A stretch of 64,000 nt of DNA, taken from Methanobacteriota archaeon (GTDB taxonomy: Archaea; Methanobacteriota; Methanobacteria; Methanobacteriales; Methanobacteriaceae). Below are positions 22,548-34,355 of this stretch, piece by piece. Made by a program: the position numbers and the translations under genes. A model generated the notes under the pieces. That model did no database searches, was not told where the DNA came from, and was given only the letters and a program-made list of their open reading frames with translations. How positions within the stretch are numbered: the stretch's first letter is position 1; every line of letters begins with the position of its first letter. The stretch spans positions 133,025 to 197,024 of the forward strand of contig CAWBCJ010000018.1 in assembly GCA_963787255.1 (NCBI GenBank). Reading direction: 5' to 3'.

Positions 22548-23933
22548 TCAGCTTGTTTTTTCTACTTTCTTACTTCTTCCTGCGATTGATACAAAAATTC
22601 CAGCAAAACAGAGCACTGTAAATATTATAAATGCTATCTGGATGCTTGAAAGTAAAGCGGGATAATTTTCAGGCATTATAATTACTCTTCCAATAAATAA
22701 TGAAAATATTAGTATGGCTATTCCCATACTTAATGTCTGTCCAATTAGCCGCATTGTGCTTACTGTTGCTGATGCTATTCCTAAAAATCTTCTTTCAACA
22801 GATCCCATTATGGAATTGGTATTGGGGGATGAAAAGAGTCCAAAACCTGCACCAAGGATTATAAGTCCAATAATAATAAACATAATATCTGTATTGGTAT
22901 TTAAAAAGCTGAAAAGGAATAAACCAAAGGTGGTTAATGCCATTCCAATAGTGGCTATTATTCGGGGTTCGTATTTATCTGAAAGTTTCCCGGCAACAGG
23001 AGCTAAAACAGCCATGACTACTGGTTGTGCTACCAGGATAATACCTGCATCTTGAGGATCGAGTCCTTTAATGTACTGTAAGTATAGACTTAGGAAAAAT
23101 ACTACTGCAAATGTGGCCATGTAATTGATTAAAGCAGCGAGGCTTGAAAATGCGAAGGTTGCATTTTTAAAGAGTTTTACATCGAAAACGGGAACTTTGA
23201 CTTTTAATTCTAGCATTACAAATGCTACAAGACCTATTGCACCTATTATTATCATTATTATTCCAATTATTCCGGGAAGTTCTGAAAATCCGATCATGAA
23301 TGTGAATAAAGCTATACTGTAAAGTATTGTGCCGGGAATGTCGAATTTTTCTCCTTGACATGCTGCCCATTCTCCTTTTAATTTCCAGAGTGTGAGAGCT
23401 ATAACTAGGATTCCAAAGGGTACCATTAAATAAAAGAGGCTTCTCCATCCTAGATATTGTGTTAATATTCCGCCAAGTGCAGGTCCAAGTGAAAGACCTA
23501 CATAAACGGCACCAATAGTAAATCCTATTGCTTTACCTCTTTCTTGTGGTGGATAAACAGATGTTATAATTGCAAGGCCTGTAACAAAAATCATGGCACT
23601 TCCAATACCTTGAATTACTCTAAATGCTATTAGTGATGTGGCAGAAAAGGCAATTGCAGAAAAAAAGGAAGCAATTGTAAAAATAATCATTCCATAGGTA
23701 AAAATCTTTTTCATACCGTAAATATCAGCAATCCGTCCAAAGGGAACTGCAAATATGGCAGCCGCTAGCAAAAAGGATGTTGGTATCCAGCTTAGTAGAA
23801 TGGCGTCGGTTAAAAATTCATTTCCTATAGCTGGAAGAGCTATATTTATGGCAGATGACATAAATGGGGTTAAAAATGATGAAATAATCGCTATAATCAA
23901 TGCAGGGGTTTTGTAATTACTATAATTTTCCAC
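22548..23933 (-). CDS. MFS transporter, DHA2 (EmrB/QacA-like)
   Basis: About 14 hydrophobic helices; GRIADIYG motif A; GPALGG. Confidence 0.92.
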   Translation of the reverse strand: MENYSNYKTPALIIAIISSFLTPFMSSAINIALPAIGNEFLTDAILLSWIPTSFLLAAAIFAVPFGRIADIYGMKKIFTYGMIIFTIASFFSAIAFSATSLIAFRVIQGIGSAMIFVTGLAIITSVYPPQERGKAIGFTIGAVYVGLSLGPALGGILTQYLGWRSLFYLMVPFGILVIALTLWKLKGEWAACQGEKFDIPGTILYSIALFTFMIGFSELPGIIGIIMIIIGAIGLVAFVMLELKVKVPVFDVKLFKNATFAFSSLAALINYMATFAVVFFLSLYLQYIKGLDPQDAGIILVAQPVVMAVLAPVAGKLSDKYEPRIIATIGMALTTFGLFLFSFLNTNTDIMFIIIGLIILGAGFGLFSSPNTNSIMGSVERRFLGIASATVSTMRLIGQTLSMGIAILIFSLFIGRVIIMPENYPALLSSIQIAFIIFTVLCFAGIFVSIAGRSKKVEKTS

Positions 23934-24071
23934 AGAATCACCAGAATAATAATCTAGATTAATTTATAGAGCTATTTTTTTTATTATTAGAATATATAAT
24001 CTTCTGATATTTTAAAAGTAGTTATTTTGACTTTTATATTTTATATAAAAGTATTTTTTTTGAATCCACAC

Positions 24072-25613
24072 TTATTTTTCTAAATCTTTGTATTCTTTTA
24101 GATCTCTTAATGCGGGAGCATGAATCACTTTTCCATCATAATTGTATCGTGAACCGTGACATGGACAGTCCCATGTTTTTTCTGCATTATTCCAGCTCAC
24201 CTGACAGCCTAGGTGTACACATACAGAAGATACAGTGTATAATTTACCATTTTTGTCTTTATAGGCTGCTACTTTTTTACCATCTATATTTAATATTCTT
24301 CCTTCTCCTTTTTCAAGATCAGAAGGTTTCATTGGTTCGGGACGTGAAATACGGCCAGATAAGAGCTCTTTAGCAACGTCAATGTTGGATCCAATAAATT
24401 CTTTAGTTGATTCCAGTGCTGGTTTAGATCTGGAAGGGTCGAAAAATGAGCTCCATGGGTTTTCTTTACCTAAGATTAGGTCAGATAGGATCATTGCTGC
24501 TAATGTTCCATTGGTCATTCCCCATTTCATAAATCCTGTTGCTACATATACTCCTTTTGATTTGGATTCTACTTTACCAATATAGGGTACTTTATCTATG
24601 GTAACGTTGTCTTGGGTTGACCAGTGATAATCAATTGATTCTACATCAAAATGGGTTCTTGCGTGTTCTTCTAACTTTTTATAACATTTTATTGTGTCAG
24701 TTATGTGGCCGGTTTTGTGATTAACTCCTCCTGCAATAATCATTTGGCCTTTATCTGTTGGTGTTGCTCTGTAAGTGCGAGTAGGGTCTATTCCAATGAA
24801 CATTGCATCAGGGAATTGTTCTTTGGTGTAGAATCCGAGGGCGTATGATTTGTTGGGGTACATTTTTGTGTATAAATGGCCGGGATCATAGATTGGGAAA
24901 TGAGTGGCTACAATTACATTTTTTGCTTGAATTGAGCCTTTATTTGTGATAACTTCGTTAATTTCTCCTTCTTTTACTTTTAAGGCTCGTGTGTTTTCAA
25001 AAATATGGCAATTATCTCCTTCTATTTCTTTAATTAGTGCTAGTAGGTATTTTCTTGGATGGAATTCTGCTTGATTTTCATATTTAATAGCACCTTCAAC
25101 ATTAAACCTGTTTAAGGGGATTGATTCTTCGTATGAGACGGGTAATCCGATTTTTCTTGCTGCACTGGCTTCTTCTTTTATTTGTTTTAGTGAGTCCTTG
25201 TTTTCGGTGTATAGGTAGCAGGGTAGTCTTCTATAATCGCAGGATATGTTGTGTTCGTTTATTATGGATTCAATTTGGGTGATGGCTGATTGGTTTGCAT
25301 TAGCGTAGATGCTGGCTTTGTTTTTTCCATATTCTGATAAGAGTTCTTTGTAAATTATATTATGTGCGGAGGTGATTTTGGCTGTTGTGTTGGCTGTTAC
25401 GTCGTTTGTTACTTTTTCTGCTTCTATTATTGCTATTGATAGTCCTGCTTTTTTTAAAAGGAGTGCTGATGTTATTCCAGCGATTCCGGCTCCTAATATT
25501 GCTACATCTACTGATAATCCTTCTTTTAAAGTTGGATAATTGGTATTGGGGGTGTTTTCTATCCAGAAGGATTCTAATTTTCCCATATTTTCAATGTTTT
25601 CTAATTTATTCAT
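24072..25613 (-). CDS. FAD-dependent oxidoreductase with C-terminal Rieske [2Fe-2S] domain (YhfW-like)
   Basis: GAGIAG dinucleotide fold; Rieske motifs CVHLGC and WDCPCHGS. Confidence 0.92.
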   Translation of the reverse strand: MNKLENIENMGKLESFWIENTPNTNYPTLKEGLSVDVAILGAGIAGITSALLLKKAGLSIAIIEAEKVTNDVTANTTAKITSAHNIIYKELLSEYGKNKASIYANANQSAITQIESIINEHNISCDYRRLPCYLYTENKDSLKQIKEEASAARKIGLPVSYEESIPLNRFNVEGAIKYENQAEFHPRKYLLALIKEIEGDNCHIFENTRALKVKEGEINEVITNKGSIQAKNVIVATHFPIYDPGHLYTKMYPNKSYALGFYTKEQFPDAMFIGIDPTRTYRATPTDKGQMIIAGGVNHKTGHITDTIKCYKKLEEHARTHFDVESIDYHWSTQDNVTIDKVPYIGKVESKSKGVYVATGFMKWGMTNGTLAAMILSDLILGKENPWSSFFDPSRSKPALESTKEFIGSNIDVAKELLSGRISRPEPMKPSDLEKGEGRILNIDGKKVAAYKDKNGKLYTVSSVCVHLGCQVSWNNAEKTWDCPCHGSRYNYDGKVIHAPALRDLKEYKDLEK

Positions 25614-26051
25614 AAGTTTCGCCCATTAAATCAGTTAATGATATTAATTATTTTGTTTTTTTTGATATAAATAGGGGATAATAAAAATTAAATAATAATA
25701 AATTAATAATAATAAGTATGATAACATATGAATTTTTAACTAACTGGTTTTTAAACATATTCTACATACTACTAATATCAACACCCCTAATTCTAATATA
25801 CAAATCACTACAAAAGATAATAAACAACATAACAGAAACATAAACAAAATTCATACCCATATAAACCATAAAAAAACAAAATAATCAAACAAAAATCAGT
25901 ATTTACACAAATTAACATATAATAAAAATTATTTATAAATTTAGATTAATTATTTTGAATTAAAAAAAATAATAATAGGATTAAAAGGCTCCATAAGGTA
26001 CCGATAAAAATTTATTAAAGTGAGGCATAAAATAAAACACGGTGGTAATCT

Positions 26052-26636
26052 ATGAAAAAAACTATGGAAAATTTGGCAAAGGCATTTATTGGTGAAAGCC
26101 AGGCAAGAAATAGGTACACACTGTACTCTAAAGTTGCAAAAAAAGAAGGATATATCCAACTCTCAGATATTTTCCTAATTACAGCTGAAAACGAAAGAGA
26201 GCACGCCAAATGGTTAATGAAAATGATCCAGGGATTAAAAGAAGAAATTGGAGAAGCTCCAGATGAAATTACAGTTGAAGCTGCAGCACCAATAATTTAT
26301 GGAACCACAGTAGATAACCTTAAATCAGCAATTGCAGGTGAACATTACGAAAATTCCGAAATGTATCCAGGATTCGCTGATGTCGCTGAAGAAGAAGGAT
26401 TACTTGATATATCTGACAGATTAAGAGCAATTGGACATGCAGAAGTTCACCACGAAGACAGATACACCCGAATATTAGAACAAATTGAAGCAGGGACTGT
26501 ATGGAATAAAGAAGAAGACGTTGAATGGAACTGCACTAAATGCGGTCACATATTTTATGGAACCGAACCTCCAGAAAAATGTCCTTCATGCGATCATCCC
26601 TCCAAATACTTTGAAATTAAATGTGAAAAATACTAA
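26052..26636 (+). CDS. rbr: Rubrerythrin
   Basis: AFIGESQARNRY, ExxH diiron ligands, C-terminal CxxCG...CPxC rubredoxin domain. Confidence 0.95.
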   Translation: MKKTMENLAKAFIGESQARNRYTLYSKVAKKEGYIQLSDIFLITAENEREHAKWLMKMIQGLKEEIGEAPDEITVEAAAPIIYGTTVDNLKSAIAGEHYENSEMYPGFADVAEEEGLLDISDRLRAIGHAEVHHEDRYTRILEQIEAGTVWNKEEDVEWNCTKCGHIFYGTEPPEKCPSCDHPSKYFEIKCEKY

Positions 26637-26651
26637 GGACACTACAAAAAA

Positions 26652-27035
26652 ATGACCGAAAAAAAACAAGTATACAGGTGTAATATCTGCGGAAACATAA
26701 TTGAAATCCTGCATCTAGGTGTGGGAAAACTAGTATGCTGCGATAACGAAATGCAACTACTTAAAGAAAAAACGGAAGGCACAGGCGCTGAAAAACACGT
26801 ACCTGTAATAGAAAAAACGGATAATGGAATAAAAGTAAAAGTAGGCTCTTTATCACATCCGATGGAAGAAAATCACTGCATTGAATGGATAGAAGTAATT
26901 GCTAACGACCAGATTTACAGAAAAGTGCTCAAACCTGGTGATAAGCCTGAAGCAGAATTCAAAATAGATGTAAATGATATCAACGAAGTAAGCGCCAGAG
27001 AATACTGCAGTATCCACAGTTTATGGATATCCTAA
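26652..27035 (+). CDS. dfx: Desulfoferrodoxin (2Fe superoxide reductase)
   Basis: YRCNICGN...LVCC desulforedoxin domain; EKHVP, HPM, CSIH ligands. Confidence 0.95.
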   Translation: MTEKKQVYRCNICGNIIEILHLGVGKLVCCDNEMQLLKEKTEGTGAEKHVPVIEKTDNGIKVKVGSLSHPMEENHCIEWIEVIANDQIYRKVLKPGDKPEAEFKIDVNDINEVSAREYCSIHSLWIS

Positions 27036-27315
27036 CAGCATATAAAATATTCATGACTTTAAAATAGCACTATTAATTTAGCCCTATTAGATGGGGTTAG
27101 GTTTATGAGTTTAAATGCATAAAAAGCAACATCTTACTATTTTTGGAGATCATGGACATTTAATTGAAACTTATTATATTTTTTTTTATTCTTTAGATTT
27201 CATATAAATCCTATTTTTTTGGGGTAAGGGATCTTTTTTAGTGTTTTTTTCATAAAAATTTTTAAGTAACATAAATTATATCTCATATTTAACCATAAAA
27301 TAAAGTGAAAAGATA

Positions 27316-27807
27316 ATGAAAAATAAAATTATTCCCTTAATTGTATTAATGCTTGTTGTAGCACTTTCAGGTTGTATTCAATCCGATACAGCTAATATAA
27401 ACACGCTTTCATCTAAGATAAATACTCACCTGAAAAACGGAGACAATTATTTTAATAAAGCAGCAGCAGAAATAAATAAATATTCGTTTAATAGTACAGC
27501 TACAAATTGTAATAGTGCACTATCTGACTTTAATTCAGCCAAAGGTTACGCTCAACAGGGATTAGATTATGCTCAAAAATCTAAAGATAATGTTTTAATA
27601 GAGTATATGCAACTTACAGTTTCAGAAATTGATGCAAGGGTCAATGCAACATTAGAACTTCAACAGGCACTAAACTACCTTCAAAAAAAGGATAATGTTA
27701 ATGGTAACCCTCATGTAACTTTGGCCAATCAATATATGGACGTTTCAATGGAATATAAAAAGAAGAAGGATAATTTAGTAAAGCAAAATCCTTCCAAATT
27801 TAAATAA
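27316..27807 (+). CDS. Hypothetical helical lipoprotein
   Basis: Signal peptide ending ALSGC; amphipathic helical body. Confidence 0.6.
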   Translation: MKNKIIPLIVLMLVVALSGCIQSDTANINTLSSKINTHLKNGDNYFNKAAAEINKYSFNSTATNCNSALSDFNSAKGYAQQGLDYAQKSKDNVLIEYMQLTVSEIDARVNATLELQQALNYLQKKDNVNGNPHVTLANQYMDVSMEYKKKKDNLVKQNPSKFK

Positions 27808-27885
27808 TAAAAGAAAAAATAGAGAAGTAAATGAAATTATAATTATTATAAAAGATTCTTATTTTATTTTTTTGAGGTATAATTT

Positions 27886-30069
27886 ATGAATAAAACTTGT
27901 TTAGAATGTAAAGGTAAAGGTTATAAAGTTATAAGCTACAAGATATGCGAAAGCTGTCATGGAAGCGGCTCCAAAAGCCAAGTAGACGTAAAAAAACATG
28001 TGAAAGGAATTTCAAAGGGAGCAATGGAAAGATTTGACCTAGAAGAAGAACAGGATATACCATGCGGCATATGTAAAGGTAAAGGAGAAGTAGAAGTAAC
28101 CGAAAAATGCGAAGTGTGTGATGGTAAAGGTGAAATCAATCAATGCAGAAAATGCGGAAAGGAAATAGAATCTGGAGATTACTGCAAGGATTGTGAAATT
28201 AAAAATAAGGTCTTTATCCTGCACCCCGCTTGCGATATAAATGATCTCCAAATTGGATCAGATTATAAAGGGAAAGTCACAAGAACAGAAGACTGGGGAA
28301 TATTTATAAGCCTTTCTAAGAAGGTTTTCGGATTACTTAGAGGAAGAAATCTTGGTTTTAATGTAGGTGATGATGTAATTGTAAAAGTAATTGATATCAA
28401 AAAGGGTAAAGGCGGTAAAGACGAAGTTGACCTTGCAAAATCAAATATTAAGGGAAAATATGAGGTAGTTAAGCTTAAAAAAGACATTGCAAGAACCCTA
28501 ATTGGAGATATAACTACTAATTATGTTAAAAAATCTGTTAGAATTGTAGGAGAAGTAATTCAGATTCAGCAGACCTCAGGACCAACAATATTTACAATTT
28601 CAGATGAGACATCAACAACATGGGCAGCAGCATTTGACGAACCAGGAATAAGAGTCTATCCACACATCAACATGGGAAATATAGTGGAAGTACTAGGTGA
28701 AGTAAACCTTCACGGCGGTAAAATCCAGATAGAGTCTGAATCCATTGAAAAACTCCACGGAAAAGAGTCAATTGAAGCTAGAAGACTAATTGATGAAGCA
28801 ATTGACAAAAAAGCCGAACCTGAAACCACAGATCTCATGATTGAAAGTGAAACTCTTGATAAATTAAGGGATCGGATGCGTCTTGCTGCAAAAGCCATAA
28901 GAAGAGCTATTTTTGACGGTAGATCAATTCTTGTAAGGCATCATGCAGACGCCGATGGTATATGTGCTGGAGTTGCAATGGAAAAAGCGGTAATTCCCCT
29001 TATCCGGGAAATTAACCCTGGAAGCGATGCAGAATGGCATTTCTTTAAGAGAGCCCCAAGTAAAGCTCCATTTTATGAAGTGGAAGATGTTGTAAAGGAT
29101 CTCTCATTTGCATTAGAAGATAGGGAACGTCACGGCCAGAAATTGCCTTTAATTGTTCTTCTAGATAATGGTTCCACTGAAGAAGATATATTAGCACTTA
29201 TTAAGGCTAAAATTTACGATATTGAAATTGTAGTCATAGATCATCACTATCCCGGAGAAGTGGAAAATGAAAGGGTAGCTGTAGATGATTACGTGGATGT
29301 GCATGTTAATCCTTATCTGGTAGGTGGAAACTCTGAGATTACAGCGGGAGCATTGGCTTTTGAAGTTGCTAAAATGATAAATCCTGAAGTTAGAGACCAT
29401 TTAATGCATTTACCTGGAATTGCGGCTGTAGGTGATCATGCAAGCTCAAATGAGGCTCAAAAATATATAGAGATTGCAGATTCCAAAGGTTATTCCAGAG
29501 AAGATCTAGAAAGAATTGCAACAGTAGTAGACTTTGAAGCATTTTATTTGAGATTTATGAATGGTAGGGGTATAATAGATACCATATTGGGCCTGTCAAA
29601 CAGGGATAAGCATGCTAAACTGGTGGAAGCGCTTTATAAAGAATCTAATAGGAGGGTTAAAAATCAGCTTAGAGCGGCACTTCCAAACTTAAAAACTCAA
29701 AAATTGCCTAATGGGGTAGTATTTAATGTATTGGATGTTGAAAAATATGCTTTTAAATTCACTTATCCTGCGCCGGGTAAAACAACTGGTTATGTGCATG
29801 ATACCATGGTTAAAAAGTATGGAGAAGAAACACCAATTGTTACTCTTTCTTATGGTCCTGATTTTGGGGTAATAAGGGCTACTGATGCGGTTAATGAAAT
29901 GTTTGGCTTTAATTTAAATACAATTATTGTTAAGCTTGAAAAGGAGATTCCTGAAGCTGGAATTGATGGTGGTGGGCATGAGTGTGCTGGATCTCTTAAG
30001 TTTGTTGAGGGATTATCCAAAAAGGTGCTTGGAGCATTTGCAAGAGAAATTGCAGCGCTTGGAAAATAA
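27886..30069 (+). CDS. RecJ-like DHH phosphoesterase with DnaJ-type Zn finger and S1/OB domains
   Basis: CxxCxGxG repeats; S1 and OB folds; HHADADG, IDHH, GGGH motifs. Confidence 0.92.
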   Translation: MNKTCLECKGKGYKVISYKICESCHGSGSKSQVDVKKHVKGISKGAMERFDLEEEQDIPCGICKGKGEVEVTEKCEVCDGKGEINQCRKCGKEIESGDYCKDCEIKNKVFILHPACDINDLQIGSDYKGKVTRTEDWGIFISLSKKVFGLLRGRNLGFNVGDDVIVKVIDIKKGKGGKDEVDLAKSNIKGKYEVVKLKKDIARTLIGDITTNYVKKSVRIVGEVIQIQQTSGPTIFTISDETSTTWAAAFDEPGIRVYPHINMGNIVEVLGEVNLHGGKIQIESESIEKLHGKESIEARRLIDEAIDKKAEPETTDLMIESETLDKLRDRMRLAAKAIRRAIFDGRSILVRHHADADGICAGVAMEKAVIPLIREINPGSDAEWHFFKRAPSKAPFYEVEDVVKDLSFALEDRERHGQKLPLIVLLDNGSTEEDILALIKAKIYDIEIVVIDHHYPGEVENERVAVDDYVDVHVNPYLVGGNSEITAGALAFEVAKMINPEVRDHLMHLPGIAAVGDHASSNEAQKYIEIADSKGYSREDLERIATVVDFEAFYLRFMNGRGIIDTILGLSNRDKHAKLVEALYKESNRRVKNQLRAALPNLKTQKLPNGVVFNVLDVEKYAFKFTYPAPGKTTGYVHDTMVKKYGEETPIVTLSYGPDFGVIRATDAVNEMFGFNLNTIIVKLEKEIPEAGIDGGGHECAGSLKFVEGLSKKVLGAFAREIAALGK

Positions 30070-30133
30070 TATAAAAAAAAATGTTTATTTTCATTTTATT
30101 TATTTTAACTGAGCATTAATATGTAACTTTTTT

Positions 30134-30571
30134 TTAGGTATATGTGCTTAATTCTATTTTATAGGATTCAGGGTCTACATTACCTTGATATTCAACTTCA
30201 AAATCCTTAATTTCTCCAGGCTTTAAATCATATAGCTTAGTGTAACTTGAATTTAAAAATGTTCCTTTTTTATCGAAAAAATTAACATTAATTATAGAAT
30301 AGCGATTCTGTAAAGACCCTATTTTTTCAATCTTTCCTTTAACCATCCAGTTACCAAATATTGGTTTTGTCATCTGATGATTTAAAATTTTGACACTTCC
30401 TGTAGATGAATTGGGGTCTTGAATCATTGCACGTACTTCGTTTTGGTCATTGTTTATACTATAGTCATTATTTAAGCTAATTAGTCCTAAGATGCTTATT
30501 GCAATGATCATACTTAGTCCTGCTGAACAGAGAAGTGTTATACTATTCAATGTTATCAGTTCCTCATACAC
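30134..30571 (-). CDS. Membrane-anchored FxLYD-like domain protein
   Basis: N-terminal TM; VKGKI...VNFFDKKG...LKPGEIKDFEV. Confidence 0.6.
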   Translation of the reverse strand: MYEELITLNSITLLCSAGLSMIIAISILGLISLNNDYSINNDQNEVRAMIQDPNSSTGSVKILNHQMTKPIFGNWMVKGKIEKIGSLQNRYSIINVNFFDKKGTFLNSSYTKLYDLKPGEIKDFEVEYQGNVDPESYKIELSTYT

Positions 30572-30695
30572 TTAGTATTACTTATATTAATTAAAGTATT
30601 AATAATTTAAGTATTACAGTACACACAAAAAAAATAAAAATAACAATAAAAATATACTAATTCAAACCAGAAACAGGGAATAGGATGAGTTAAGC

Positions 30696-31139
30696 ATGGA
30701 ATCTTATAAATACAATTCAAAAATTCGAATCTTACCAGACATATGCGTGCTAATATCCCACACCCTCTCAAGATTAATAGAATTAAACATTTTAGAAGCT
30801 TTTGAAATCATAATTCCAGATTCAATCGAAAACATCGTCCAAATCTTATGCGAAAGCCGCTTACAAGCAGGATTTTACAATGAAATAGATAAATTAAAAG
30901 AATTAGAAACAGAAAGAAAAATAGACATTCTCTATTGTAATTATGAAATGCCAGAAATAAAAACAAAAAAAGAATTAGTAAACATTGAAGATGATCTAAT
31001 TTTAGAAATTGCCATTATAACCAATTCTATATTATTTACATCAGATAAAGGTTTAAGGAACAAAGCATCAGCTGTTAAACAACCAGTAATATATTTTCCA
31101 GCCAAATACCAAAAAAATATTAAAGAATATCTCCAGTGA
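30696..31139 (+). CDS. PIN-domain protein
   Basis: ILPDICVLI, EDDLILEIA, LFTSDKGL give the PIN acidic-residue pattern. Confidence 0.7.
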   Translation: MESYKYNSKIRILPDICVLISHTLSRLIELNILEAFEIIIPDSIENIVQILCESRLQAGFYNEIDKLKELETERKIDILYCNYEMPEIKTKKELVNIEDDLILEIAIITNSILFTSDKGLRNKASAVKQPVIYFPAKYQKNIKEYLQ

Positions 31140-31157
31140 CTTTTAAAGTATTAAATT

Positions 31158-32460
31158 TTAGCTAGCTAAGGGTGATACTAACACTTTATCAATATGATAA
31201 CCATCCATATCTATAATTTCAAATTGTAAACCATTCCAAGTGAATCGCTCCCCAGTATCAGGTATTTTACCAAGATATGTGATTATAAAACCTGCTAACG
31301 TCTGATAATTGCTGCTTTCTTCATTTGGAAGCTCTTTAATATCAAATAGTGGTTTAAACTCATCAATATTTATTAAACCGTCAATTAACCAACTACCATC
31401 CGATCTTTTAATAGCTTTAAGCTCTTCTGTTGTAGGTAAATCCCCAACAATAGCCTCTAAAATATCATAAAGCGTTATCAAACCTTCTATATCACCATAT
31501 TCATCCACAACAATAGCTATATGAACATCCTCCGCCGTTTTCTTAAATTGTTTCAAAACATTTAAAGCATAAGAACTTTCAGGCACAATCAATGGCTCTT
31601 TAAGATGACTTTTAAGATTCAAGCCCCGAATTTAGCGAGCACGTTTTAATAATATCTTTTACTTGAACTACCCCTAAGAAATTATCCAAAAATCCCTCAC
31701 TTACCGGAAGAATAGAATGATTACTTTCAAAAATCGTTTTTAATATCATTTCTTCAGATTCATTTACATCTAACCAAACAATTTCTGTTTTAGGTGTCAT
31801 TATAGTGTTTATCCTTCTCTCATCCAGTTCAAAAACTCGATTTATCATTTCTTCTTCTGCTTCTTCAAATTCGCCTGTTTTTTTACCTTCTTCAATTAGA
31901 AGTTTAATTTGTTCTTCTGCTATTTCCTCTTCTTCAGGTTCTTTAACTCTTAATATGCGAAGAACCAACTCCATCGAGGAACTGAGGAAATAAACAACGG
32001 GTGTTACAATATTAGATAGAATTTGAACAGGCCGGGCTACTTTAACGGCAATCCTTTCTGAATAATCAATTGCAATTCTTTTAGGAACTAATTCACCAAT
32101 AATGAGAGTTAGATAAGTAATTAACAAAACAACCACTACAACACTTACAATACCACTATAGGGATTAAATACAGGAATTTGACTTAAATAAGCAGCCAGT
32201 CTTAGCGCTATAGTTGCACCACCAAAAGTACCTGCAAATATGCTTATAAGGGTTATGAAAATTTGTATAGTAGAAAGAAATCTATTTGGATTATTAATAA
32301 GGTCAAGAGCAGTTTCAGCATTCTTATTACCCTCATTAACCATTATTTGAAGCTTAATTTTTCTAGATGAAACTAATGCTGTTTCAGATAGAACAAAGAT
32401 ACCATTTATTATCACAAGGATGAATATAACTAAAATTTCTACATAAATTAGATCAGCCAT
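31158..32460 (-). CDS. HlyC/CorC-family transporter (CNNM-CBS-CorC), split by an indel near 31620
   Basis: NGIFVLSETAL, GELVPKRIA, IMTPK, VVDEYG, YQTLAGF motifs. Confidence 0.9.
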
Positions 32461-32775
32461 TTTTTTATAATTCCCCTAATAAGTAATATATTATTTATAT
32501 TTTTTATTATTAAATTATGTGGGTCAACAATATACTGATTCAATTAATAAAATCATAATCATGCCCCAAGAAACATTGGTATAAATTAAAATAAAGTATT
32601 TAAAAAATTAATTCATAAATAGAGCATAAATAAATAATTCAGGATAAATTATGCAGATTAAAGAAGACTTAAATAAAAACAAATATCCAAAATAAGTTCT
32701 AAATTTACTATGAATCTATATAAAAACTCAAAAAAAATCATTAATAAAAAACTCTAAATACATAAAAAGTAGATA

Positions 32776-33381
32776 TTATTTTTTAATTTCCTTATAAAAA
32801 TCGCAAAGATCATTAATAGGACATTCCTCATGCTTAGGCCCAATAGGACGGCAAATATCCTGACCAAAACGCACAAATTTCTCATTTAAATCAAGCCAAT
32901 AACTTTCAGGAACAATCTTTGCAAGCTCAAATTCTGTTTCATCAGGATTCTTTGTATGAACAAGACCTAAACGATTCGAAATCCGATGAACATGCACATC
33001 AACAGGAATAGCACTCTTTCTAAAACCATACACTATAACACAATTAGCAGTCTTTCTCCCAACACCAGGAAGCCCCAACAATTCTTCTATATCATCTGGA
33101 ACAACATCATCGTAATCTTCATGAATAATACGAGAAACTTCCTTCACCCGCTTTGCTTTTACTCTAAAAAAACCTGCCTTTTTAATCAAACTCTCAATTT
33201 CTTCAGTAGGTGCATTTGCAATTTCTTCAGGAGTTTTATAAACAGCAAAAAGGGCTGCTGCAGCCTGATCAGTATTTTCATCTCGTGTACGCTGTGAAAG
33301 AATGGTTGTAATAAGCACTCTAAATGGATTTGGATTTTTTACAGGTTCAGCTACATATTTAGTGAGTCTATCCATTATCAT
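32776..33381 (-). CDS. nth: Endonuclease III (HhH-GPD, 4Fe-4S); start approximate
   Basis: [14 protein letters not shown] HhH, VDVHVHR; C-terminal C-x6-H-x2-C-x5-C (second Cys replaced by His). Confidence 0.92.
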   Translation of the reverse strand: MIMDRLTKYVAEPVKNPNPFRVLITTILSQRTRDENTDQAAAALFAVYKTPEEIANAPTEEIESLIKKAGFFRVKAKRVKEVSRIIHEDYDDVVPDDIEELLGLPGVGRKTANCVIVYGFRKSAIPVDVHVHRISNRLGLVHTKNPDETEFELAKIVPESYWLDLNEKFVRFGQDICRPIGPKHEECPINDLCDFYKEIKK

Positions 33382-33404
33382 CTTGATTTTCTTTTGAATG
33401 ATAA

Positions 33405-34323
33405 TCACCCTTGCTTCCATTTCTTGTGAATCGCCGGACAAACAGTGTAATAACTACAAAAATCACATTTCCAGTTATTAGCATCCCCTACAGCTGATGG
33501 TCCTCTTACTCCAGACCAGTATTCCAGTGCCCATCTCATTCCACGAGAAAAAAACCTTTCATCAAATTTAAATGTTTCTCTATGCACTTCTGTAAGGCTC
33601 TTTTGATTAATATAAACAATTTCAATAGTTTTAGATAATTCGAGGTAATTCAGACATTTTTTTAAGTGTTTCTTTAATTAAATTTCCAACAGAAAGAAGT
33701 GTGCCGTGTTTTTCCCACTCATTTTCAGGGATTTCAAGGCTTTTCATATACTCTTCACTTAAAATCAATTCATTAAAGTCATTTTCAATTAAATCAACCC
33801 GGTAAGCTGACCAAAAATCACCCATTTCAATTTCCCCATTTATCATGGAGTTTAGCCCATACCAGTAAATCATACCCTGCATTCTATCTCTAATTATTTG
33901 CTGAGCTGAAGGAGGATTCAAACTTCTCCTAGTCTTCATTTCCACTATTCGCGTTTTATTGACCCTAACTTGTCTATTATCCTGAATCTCTGTCTCTTCA
34001 ATTTCTTTTATTTCGTCAATTATTCCCATTAATAGTGCAGAGTCAAATTTAGATATGATAGGGAGTTCCCTGGTTAATCCTTCTTTTTCAAATAGTTCCA
34101 AACCTACAAGGATGTTATGCAGGTTAGAATGCAGTCTATCTCCCGGCGTTTTAATTTCAACAACTATTTCTTCAAGCACTTCAAGGAAACGGTCTTTATG
34201 TATTTCGCTGCCCTTTTCCTTTTCGGGTGTAGAGACTTCACCATATTTACGCCTTAAATCCACTGCCATTTCACACCAGAATTGGCCGGCTATAGTTGAT
34301 GGTCCTAAAACAATTGTAGACAT
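33405..34323 (-). CDS. EXO5-like (exonuclease V/Dem1) PD-(D/E)XK nuclease with 4Fe-4S staple (indel near 33640)
   Basis: QFWCE, GSEIH, GIIDEI, EMKTR, QxxxY; C-terminal WSGVRGP...[12 protein letters not shown] in the adjacent frame. Confidence 0.75.
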
Positions 34324-34355
34324 AAGTTATCACTTTATATTAAAAAATATATAAT

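Noticed and set aside
25620-26000. A-rich, strand-biased low-complexity intergenic tract (similar tracts at 46900-47430 and 51460-51760)
   Set aside because: No periodic unit or spacer structure; typical AT-rich intergenic DNA.
33405-34323. Cas4 / CRISPR adaptation gene
   Set aside because: No repeat-spacer array or other cas genes in the window; the motifs fit EXO5-like nucleases better.
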